DNA from: a virus
Length of the DNA: 37,933 nt
Strand: one strand, 5' to 3'
Virus record (IMG/VR): IMGVR_UViG_3300009068_000006
In this document: piece after piece, positions 26,159 through 32,365 of the stretch
Position numbering within the stretch: position 1 is the stretch's first letter
Layout of the letters: every line of letters begins with the position of its first letter
Notes under the pieces: generated by a model
Told to the model about the DNA's origin: nothing
Database searches by the model: none
Seen by the model: the letters and a program-made list of their open reading frames with translations, nothing else
Made by a program: the position numbers and the translations under genes

Positions 26159-28462
26159 ATGAACTTTGTTGAATATATCACCAATTTAGCGCCAGAAGGC
26201 GAAACTGCTTTAATTGTTAGACAAAAACCACAGTTAGATGGCAACGGGATGATGCAGACCCATGCGGACGGCGCCATTAAATGCACTTGGCCTGCGTTCT
26301 TGCCAACAGCTAAGATCAAGACTGATTGGGCAATCTACGGCAATACAGGCTCGTTTATCCTAGATCGCTTTGCCGATGGTAAGGTGTCAGCCTCAGCCGC
26401 CAACTGTGAATACGTCCTTGTGATGATGCTAGATGACATCGGCACCAAGTCCAAAGAGCCACCCCTTGCGCCTACATGGATTATGGAAACGTCCGAAGGC
26501 TCGTACCAGTGGGGCTACGCGTTCAAAGAGCAACCGACCAAGGGTGACTTCACCGCAGCAATTAAAGCCATAGCTAAGGCAGGCTACACCGATCCAGGCG
26601 CTACTAACGCAGTGCGGAACTTCCGCTTGCCAGGTTCTGTAAACCTAAAGCCAGGGCGCGGTAACTTCGCTTCTGTCTTAGTAGAGTTTCACCCTGAGCG
26701 TGAATACAACTTAGAGGATATATGTGTCGCTCTAGCTGTCACACCTGATCCTGCTGACACGGCAACGAACGTAGCCATTCGCTTGGCTGACACTGGCAAG
26801 GACTCGGTGGTCACTTGGTTGAACGAGCAGGGCATGATTATGTCGGCAGCTAATGGCGAAGGCTGGATGGGTGTGGTTTGCCCTAACAACGCTGAGCATA
26901 CCGATGGCAACATCGAAGGGCGTTACAAACCCTTAGATCGTAGTTACTGCTGTTTGCATGGTCACTGCGTCGAGTTTAGTTCGCAGATGTTTTTAGATTG
27001 GGTGGCTGATAATGGTGGCCCCGAGGTGGATCATGGTTTGCGTGATGAGTTACTAGCAGAAAAGATGAATATGGCATTGTCCAAGTTGACCCCAAACGAA
27101 GTCTATCGTGACACCGCAGCAGAACTTATTGCCGAGGTTGAGCGTAAAGAGCTGGGCAGGATTGAAAAAGCCAACTGGTATGAGCGTTTTGCTTACATCC
27201 AAGATGATGAGTCTTACTTTGATATGCAAGACCGGCGTGAAGTCAGTCGCCAGACGTTTAACGCGTTGTTCCGTCACGTGCCTTGCAAGTCTATTCATAC
27301 TGGACGTAAAGTCGAGGCATCAATCTGCTTTGACGAGAACCGTCAAGCCAACGGTGCTAAAGCGCTAGTTGGTGTGACCTACGCTGCGGGCGAAGGTGTG
27401 ATCGTTACCCGTGATGGCGATTTGTTTGGCAATCGTTGGCGTGATGCGCGTCCAGAAATAGATTCGCAAAAAGCGTCTAATGACATCTCCTTATGGATGG
27501 ATCACTGCCACGCTCTTGTTCCTGAGCAAGCCGAGTTAGACCATATCTTTGATGTAATGGCGTTTAAGGTGCAATATCCAGAGATCAAGGTAAACCACGC
27601 CATCCTTCACGCTGGTGATGAGGGGTCAGGCAAAGACACCTTTTGGGCGCCATTCATCTGGGCAGTCTGCGGAAACCATTTAAAAAATCGCGGGATTATG
27701 GATAACAACTCAGTCAATAGCCAGTGGGGTTATCAGCTAGAGTCAGAGATCTTGATCATTAACGAATTAAAAGAGCCTGACGCTGCAACGCGTCGTCAGC
27801 TGGCTAACCAACTCAAACCAATCATAGCTGCGCCACCTGAGATGCTGCCAATTAATCGCAAGGGCTTGCACCCGTACATGATGGCAAACCGCTTGTTTGT
27901 CCTGGCGTTCTCTAATGACCCTGTGCCTATCAGTCTGGCTAGTCAAGACAGGCGTTGGTTTTGTGTATGGAGTACGGCAGAGCGCATGGACTCCAACAAA
28001 GCCAAGCAGATGTGGGACTGGTATCGCTCTGGTGGTTTTTATGCAATCGCTCACTTTTTGCGTTGCCGTGATGTTTCTAAATTTAACCCGTCTGCACCGC
28101 CGATGTGGACAGAGTTCAAGGCTAACTTAGTCGAGCATGGCATGAGCATGGCAGAGAGCTATTTAGTTGAGATGTTACGCAACAGGGTAGGGGAGTTTAA
28201 TAAAGGCGTGATCGGTTCACCGTTCCATGCGTTATGTGATCGTCTGGCTGGCTCTGCTCCATCTGGCGTAAAAGTGCCGCAGGCTGCACTACTACACGCG
28301 TTAAAAGAAGCAGGATGGGTTGATTGCGGAAGGCTTAAATCTAGAGAGTTTGGCACGAAGAAGCATATTTTTGCGTGTCCAGAGATGGCTGACTATTCCA
28401 AGTCGGACTTGCGCAGGATGGTAGAAGAAAATCCACAGCCTAAGATGGTGCTGGTTAAATGA
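26159..28462 (+). CDS. Primase-helicase fusion (RepB/AEP-like primase + PriCT-2-type Zn motif + P-loop NTPase)
   Basis: N-terminal VLVMMLDDIG, ETSEGSYQWGY and VRNFRLPGSVNLKPG, as in RepB-type primases. The centre has CPNNAEHTDGN…YCCLHGHC. The C-terminus has a Walker A ILHAGDEGSGKDTF and a Walker-B-like LIINEL. Confidence 0.8.
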   Translation: MNFVEYITNLAPEGETALIVRQKPQLDGNGMMQTHADGAIKCTWPAFLPTAKIKTDWAIYGNTGSFILDRFADGKVSASAANCEYVLVMMLDDIGTKSKEPPLAPTWIMETSEGSYQWGYAFKEQPTKGDFTAAIKAIAKAGYTDPGATNAVRNFRLPGSVNLKPGRGNFASVLVEFHPEREYNLEDICVALAVTPDPADTATNVAIRLADTGKDSVVTWLNEQGMIMSAANGEGWMGVVCPNNAEHTDGNIEGRYKPLDRSYCCLHGHCVEFSSQMFLDWVADNGGPEVDHGLRDELLAEKMNMALSKLTPNEVYRDTAAELIAEVERKELGRIEKANWYERFAYIQDDESYFDMQDRREVSRQTFNALFRHVPCKSIHTGRKVEASICFDENRQANGAKALVGVTYAAGEGVIVTRDGDLFGNRWRDARPEIDSQKASNDISLWMDHCHALVPEQAELDHIFDVMAFKVQYPEIKVNHAILHAGDEGSGKDTFWAPFIWAVCGNHLKNRGIMDNNSVNSQWGYQLESEILIINELKEPDAATRRQLANQLKPIIAAPPEMLPINRKGLHPYMMANRLFVLAFSNDPVPISLASQDRRWFCVWSTAERMDSNKAKQMWDWYRSGGFYAIAHFLRCRDVSKFNPSAPPMWTEFKANLVEHGMSMAESYLVEMLRNRVGEFNKGVIGSPFHALCDRLAGSAPSGVKVPQAALLHALKEAGWVDCGRLKSREFGTKKHIFACPEMADYSKSDLRRMVEENPQPKMVLVK

Positions 28463-28465
28463 AAT

Positions 28466-28537
28466 TTAATCAAAAATTGCGTCTTTTAAAACTTAATCGA
28501 AAAAAGCGTCTATCAAATCTAATCGAAAATTGCGTCT
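28466..28537 (+). repeat. Three iteron-like 19-bp direct repeats
   Basis: TTAATCAAAAATTGCGTCT (28466-28484), TTAATCGAAAAAAGCGTCT (28493-28511) and CTAATCGAAAATTGCGTCT (28519-28537). Spacing is 27 and 26 bp, starting 4 nt after the primase-helicase stop. Confidence 0.7.
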
Positions 28538-28566
28538 CCTAATAGATTTTGAAATATACAAAAATT

Positions 28567-28590
28567 ACCCGCCTAACAAACGGGTTTTTT
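28567..28590 (+). terminator. Weak rho-independent terminator after the replication operon
   Basis: ACCCG (28567-28571), a 9-nt loop, CGGGT (28581-28585), then a T6 run to 28590. Confidence 0.4.
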
Positions 28591-28666
28591 AATAATAAAT
28601 AATATTATCTAATATAATCAAGGACATATAATAGATAATCAGATTATGTATGCTGCTTAAGTGCCA

Positions 28667-28910
28667 GAGCTGGAGCTGGAGCTGGAGCTGGAGCTGGAGC
28701 TGGAGCTGGTCTGGTGTCTGGTCTGGTGTCTGGTCTGGTGTCTGGTCTGGTGTCTAGTCTGGTGTCTAGTCTGGTGTCTGGTCTGGTGTCTGGTCTGGTG
28801 TCTGGTCTGGTGTCTGGTCTGGTGTCTGGTCTGGTCTGGTCTGGTCTGGTCTGGTCTGGTCTGGTCTGGTGTCTGGTCTGGTCTGGTGTCTGGTCTGGTC
28901 TGGTGTCTGG
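28667..28910 (+). repeat. Compound microsatellite array: (GAGCTG)7, then TCTGG-based 12-mers and pentamers
   Basis: GAGCTG x7 at 28667-28708. The TCTGGTCTGGTG-type 12-mer is then repeated about 10 times to ~28829, with two G>A variants at 28756 and 28768. TCTGG x8 follows at 28830-28869, then mixed units run to 28910. The plus strand has only two A residues across 28709-28910. Confidence 0.95.
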
Positions 28911-28980
28911 CAGACCTTTAATCTAGCACTGGCAAGGTTTTACAGCGCTGGTAATACTCACCTATCAATTAAGCAAAATA

Positions 28981-29009
28981 AAACCCCTAGAGTGCCAGTC
29001 TAGGGGTTT
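28981..29009. terminator. Bidirectional rho-independent terminator
   Basis: An 11-bp stem AAACCCCTAGA (28981-28991) pairs with TCTAGGGGTTT (28999-29009) around a 7-nt loop. An A-run lies upstream and a T-run downstream. It sits 78 nt beyond the end of the reverse-strand cassette. Confidence 0.7.
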
Positions 29010-29086
29010 TAAGTTTAGGAGTTTACTGGTTTATAGTTTCCACATCAAAATTAGCAGTTCAATAAATAAAACTATTAGTAGATATA

Positions 29087-29182
29087 TCATGCCATAAAAC
29101 CATAGGCAAAAATACTGCCTAAAAGTATCCCCAGTAAGGCAGTGCCTACCCAGTCCCATATTGTCAGTTTTGTATTTTCCAT
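29087..29182 (-). CDS. Small membrane peptide (31 aa, MENTKLTIWDWVGTALLGILLGSIFAYGFMA)
   Basis: An internal ATG at 29182 of track ORF 29087..29293 has an AAGGA RBS 6 nt upstream. It starts 10 nt after the GATase-like stop. Single TM segment. Confidence 0.4.
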   Translation of the reverse strand: MENTKLTIWDWVGTALLGILLGSIFAYGFMA

Positions 29183-29192
29183 GTTGTGTCCT

Positions 29193-30173
29193 TTATTCCA
29201 TGTAAGCAGGAAAAGAGTTATAGGGTTTAAGACCAAAGTCTGCACGGGCAGTCTTATGGTCTGTGATGCCAGCAATAAAACTCTGCTCATCAATCTCTCC
29301 CTGCATGAGCATATCTGCCAAGTCTAGAAAAGCATTAACCCCAAAGACATCCACAAAACTATCCAGAGAGCTATAGGAGAGCTTTCCTGCCTTTTCGTAC
29401 CCCATATAGAGTAAGTCCTCAATCGTGGCCTCAAGGTCGTAATAATCAGGGTAGTAATACTCTCTAGACCCGTACACACTGCCAGACCCCATGTAGTCAT
29501 ACTTGATTGGCAGTCTAGTGTCTGGCACTTCTTTAGATTGCTTGAGAATGAGTGCTTGTGCCTTTTTACTTTTTTTGTATCCAGTCTTACTGGCAGTATC
29601 ACTGGCAGACCAAGCATAAGTGTTTGAGAGCCAGAGACCTGCCCAATACACTCCAGAGCTTTGATTGACTACTGCCTGTCTGCCCTGCTCATCCATTAAC
29701 ACAAACTTATTTGAGGCGCCTATATGACTGCCAATAATGGCAGAAAATTCACGAGTAAAAGCATAATCAGGGTTATGAGCCAGCATAGGTCTCAAGTAGT
29801 CCTTGATATAGTGCCAAGTGTCACTTTTACTGGTGTCTGCTTGATTGCCAGTGGCTAAGATGCCATTGTGCATGAGCCAGAGTGAAGTCCCATGTTCTTG
29901 CTGGTTGAGGACTTCATAGGGATGACAGTTAGTCAGATCAGTATCCCCATGAGTTCTCATCCTGAGATGGAAAGCGCAATTTTTGCCAGCAATATGATTG
30001 CTATAAAAGTTAATAAAATCTTCTGCTGATACTGGCAGAATTTTCTCAACTACTAACGCTCCATTTTTTGCATACATCACGCCTACACCATCAGAGTTGT
30101 AATCGTAAAAATCAGAGAGCCAGACCCTAGAGAGAGCTGGAGAGTTTTGGTTTTGGGTAATTAGTAAACACAT
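29193..30173 (-). CDS. Ntn-hydrolase / class-II glutamine amidotransferase-like protein (326 aa) with a unique C-terminal extension
   Basis: Starts Met-Cys (MCLLI…), so Cys2 is a candidate N-terminal nucleophile. AFHLRMRTHGDTDLTNCHPY and LWLMHNGIL match the class-II GATase (YafJ/GATase_4-type) pattern H-x-R-x-A-T-x-G…N-x-HPF…HNG. The last ~130 aa have no recognised motif. AAGGA RBS. Confidence 0.7.
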   Translation of the reverse strand: MCLLITQNQNSPALSRVWLSDFYDYNSDGVGVMYAKNGALVVEKILPVSAEDFINFYSNHIAGKNCAFHLRMRTHGDTDLTNCHPYEVLNQQEHGTSLWLMHNGILATGNQADTSKSDTWHYIKDYLRPMLAHNPDYAFTREFSAIIGSHIGASNKFVLMDEQGRQAVVNQSSGVYWAGLWLSNTYAWSASDTASKTGYKKSKKAQALILKQSKEVPDTRLPIKYDYMGSGSVYGSREYYYPDYYDLEATIEDLLYMGYEKAGKLSYSSLDSFVDVFGVNAFLDLADMLMQGEIDEQSFIAGITDHKTARADFGLKPYNSFPAYME

Positions 30174-30203
30174 AATAATTTTGTCCTTTTCGTGAGGTAT
30201 TTA

Positions 30204-31610
30204 TTAAACTTCTGAAACTTCTGGTAATGCTGGTAAAGCAGGAGCAGGGACTTTACGCAAGTTGTCTGCCAGCTCATATCCCTTTTCTTTCAGATACGCT
30301 CTCAAAAATCGAGTGTCTTTTCGGTTTTGTGGAGCAGAGATAAACTCCAAAAACTTAGCACTGGTCAGATCGTTAGTGCTTGCTTGTGCAGTGAAGTGCC
30401 AGCAAGCAAAGGCAAACTCCAGACATGAAATCATGGTCTCATATTTAAGAGTGCCCTTAAATAACCTAAACTCCACTGTCTTATCATTCCTGAAGTTGAG
30501 TGCTTCATACCTATCAGAGTTCAGTCTCCTAAGCTGGTCTGCCTTGTCCTTGCTAGAGTGGAATGAGTCCTTGAGCCAGTGCTTGTCCTCCTTTTTATTC
30601 TGAAGTTTGGAGTATCCACTGGCATCCCGTCTGGCAATATCTTTGACTAATTTCAAGTTAGCAGGGTCATTGATAAATAGCACAAGTTTTGCACCATGTA
30701 GAGTGGTCATGCTGGACTTACATACATGGACATGAAGTCCACAAGTGCTAGTGTCGTGAGACTTAAGACCCTTTACCCTTTGCTTGAAATACTGGAGCTG
30801 GTTTTTATGCACATCTAGACCCGTGTAAGCAGTAACCATCTCAAACCCATTATCCAGAGACCCGTCCTCCTCCATCAGGCAGTAGTTGTGCCTTATCCCG
30901 TCCTCATCTCGATAGTCTGAGATATTGTCCAAAATAAGTCCAGCTCTACTGTCCTTGTCATAATCTTCATGCACTTCTACCTCCAGCTCCAGACCTAATA
31001 ACACTCTAGGAGAGCGCATATCGTAACCGGACGGAATATGCCCTAAGTTGTTTTTGCTGGAGTGATAACTGCCTATATGCTCATATTCTGGTTCGTTCTC
31101 CTCCTCCTGCTCATCTTCATAGTCTGAATTGCTTATGTAAGTATCTCTAGAGTGAGAGTAAGAGTAATTCTCCTCAAGGCAATCTTGGCAAACTTGATAG
31201 TCTCCATCATAGGTGTGAGTGCAATCATCTATATGGAAATAATCATTGCACTCCTCACAACAAAAAAAACTTTCCCTAAAATGAGTATGTAATAAGTCTG
31301 GTATATCTTTTCGATAACTTACCCTAGTCCCGTACTGGTTGATTGCATCCAGAGCGCTCCTCCAGTCATCATTCTGAATTGCTAGTCCCAGCTCCAGACC
31401 TACAATTTTATACATCTTGATGCGCTCCAGAAGTCCAAATGGAGAGTGTCCAGATAATCTGCCTTTCTGCATTGACTGCCAGTCTTTCCCAAGATTTTCC
31501 GAGATGATACCTTTAGCACGACTGAATAAGACCTCACGTTGTCTTTCAGGAGTTGAGCCAGTTATCTGCTCCCGTGCCTCTCTCCATTTTTGCATTAAGT
31601 TTTGAGCCAT
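30204..31610 (-). CDS. Amidoligase (glutamine-synthetase/GCS2-like 'Amidoligase_2' type) with an N-terminal Cys/His Zn-ribbon-like module (468 aa)
   Basis: The C-terminal half has LLGLELEVEV, CGLHVHV and TVEFRLFKGTL, the landmarks of the phage/prophage amidoligase family. Residues 117-144 (CCEECNDYFHIDDCTHTYDGDYQVCQDC) form a CC-x2-C…C-x-H…C-x2-C cluster. An acidic run DYEDEQEEENEPEYE follows. AAGGA RBS. Confidence 0.7.
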   Translation of the reverse strand: MAQNLMQKWREAREQITGSTPERQREVLFSRAKGIISENLGKDWQSMQKGRLSGHSPFGLLERIKMYKIVGLELGLAIQNDDWRSALDAINQYGTRVSYRKDIPDLLHTHFRESFFCCEECNDYFHIDDCTHTYDGDYQVCQDCLEENYSYSHSRDTYISNSDYEDEQEEENEPEYEHIGSYHSSKNNLGHIPSGYDMRSPRVLLGLELEVEVHEDYDKDSRAGLILDNISDYRDEDGIRHNYCLMEEDGSLDNGFEMVTAYTGLDVHKNQLQYFKQRVKGLKSHDTSTCGLHVHVCKSSMTTLHGAKLVLFINDPANLKLVKDIARRDASGYSKLQNKKEDKHWLKDSFHSSKDKADQLRRLNSDRYEALNFRNDKTVEFRLFKGTLKYETMISCLEFAFACWHFTAQASTNDLTSAKFLEFISAPQNRKDTRFLRAYLKEKGYELADNLRKVPAPALPALPEVSEV

Positions 31611-31637
31611 TTTGAGTCCTTTAGTTTAGTTAATTAA

Positions 31638-31654
31638 ATGAGAATAATTCTCAT
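31638..31654. promoter_or_regulatory. 17-bp perfect palindrome, candidate operator upstream of the amidoligase cassette
   Basis: ATGAGAAT-a-ATTCTCAT, with 8-bp arms. It lies 28-44 nt upstream of the ATG at 31610 on the minus strand. Confidence 0.4.
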
Positions 31655-31730
31655 GCACTACTGCACTTCTACTGCTCTCCTGATTTTAGACCACAAGTTT
31701 AAGAGACTGCAAGCAATTCTTTTACATTAG

Positions 31731-31863
31731 TTGTGGTGTCTGGTGTCTTGGTGATGTTGTGGACAAGTTGTGGCAGTTGTGGACTGGTTGTGGATAGTAT
31801 TGTGGACAATGGTAAAAGGCAGTTAGAGCCATAGCTGGTCTGCTTGTGGGTATTGTGGGTAAT
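31731..31863 (+). repeat. Array of 8 direct TTGTGG(A/G/C) motifs (DnaA-box-like, reverse orientation)
   Basis: TTGTGG starts at 31731, 31757, 31768, 31777, 31788, 31800, 31844 and 31853. The central five are 9-12 bp apart. Four 9-mers are 8/9 matches to the reverse complement of TTATCCACA: TGTGGACAA (31758 and 31801), TGTGGATAG (31789) and TGTGGGTAA (31854). Confidence 0.85.
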
Positions 31864-31951
31864 GATAAAAGGATATATAGCTAAAGATTGTATTTTGTAT
31901 ATTGTGTCTGCACGAATGTTATAAGTTAGCGATTTAAAATGACTGTCCAAA

Positions 31952-32108
31952 TTGCCCACATGACCCACACTTTGCCAGAACGTCTCCAGACCTTTTCCAA
32001 AATTCTGCCAGTTGTGGGCATTATGGGTAATACTTTAGATAATGACCCACATTACCCACAAAATGATAATTATGGGCTCTTGGTTGTGGGTAGCCCACAT
32101 GACCCACA
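31952..32108 (+). repeat. Opposed block of CCCACA / TTGTGGG motifs (DnaA-box-like)
   Basis: CCCACA occurs at 31955, 31964, 32046, 32055, 32094 and 32103, forming three tandem 9-bp pairs. TTGTGGG occurs at 32012 and 32084. TTACCCACA (32052-32060) is an 8/9 match to TTATCCACA. TGTGGGtagCCCACA (32085-32099) is an inverted pair. Confidence 0.85.
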
Positions 32109-32365
32109 ACATAATAAGATAATGGCATTATGTTGATTATTAGATAATCAATAGATAATCAGCACATAATCAATAGCTCATGGTATGAGCTAGTAGGGTA
32201 AACCCCTAGCTTTAAAAACTGCCTAATTTTTAGGCATACCCCCCTAGGGCCAGGGCTAACAGCCCATCGGTCACGGTAAGTTCACGAACAATTTTTTTTC
32301 TAAATAGAAATCCGTCCCAAGCTATTAAGTTTTATTTTTTATTAAAAAGTGATAACATCACGCGT

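Noticed and set aside
26125-26319. Minus-strand 64-aa ORF across the polA/primase intergenic hairpin
   Set aside because: It overlaps the primase-helicase 5' end and the hairpin. It has no RBS and no downstream partner on that strand.
28667-28910. Possible CRISPR array
   Set aside because: The repeats are contiguous 5-12-nt units with no unique spacers and no 24-40-nt repeat structure. No cas genes are present.
28661-28926. Track ORFs 28661..28921 (86 aa, MPELELELEL…VWCLVWCL…) and 28714..28926 (70 aa, …SGLVSGLV…)
   Set aside because: They are translations of the microsatellite array. Unit length changes from 6 to 12 to 5 nt, so the frame is not preserved. All six frames are open only because the repeat units lack stop codons. 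One start is a GTG with no RBS.
31699-32136. Track ORFs 31699..31968 (-, 89 aa) and 31939..32136 (+, 65 aa)
   Set aside because: Both lie entirely in the TTGTGG/CCCACA repeat region. Their 'proteins' are repeat translations (…PQLPQLVHN…, …HMTHTLP…PHDPQHN…), they lack RBSs, and they overlap each other.
28630-32162. The 13-bp direct repeat AATAGATAATCAG at 28630 and 32150 as att sites or a target-site duplication of a mobile element
   Set aside because: Several chance 13-mer matches are expected in ~38 kb of AT-rich sequence. No integrase, transposase or terminal inverted repeats are present. It is kept only as part of the phased-motif observation.
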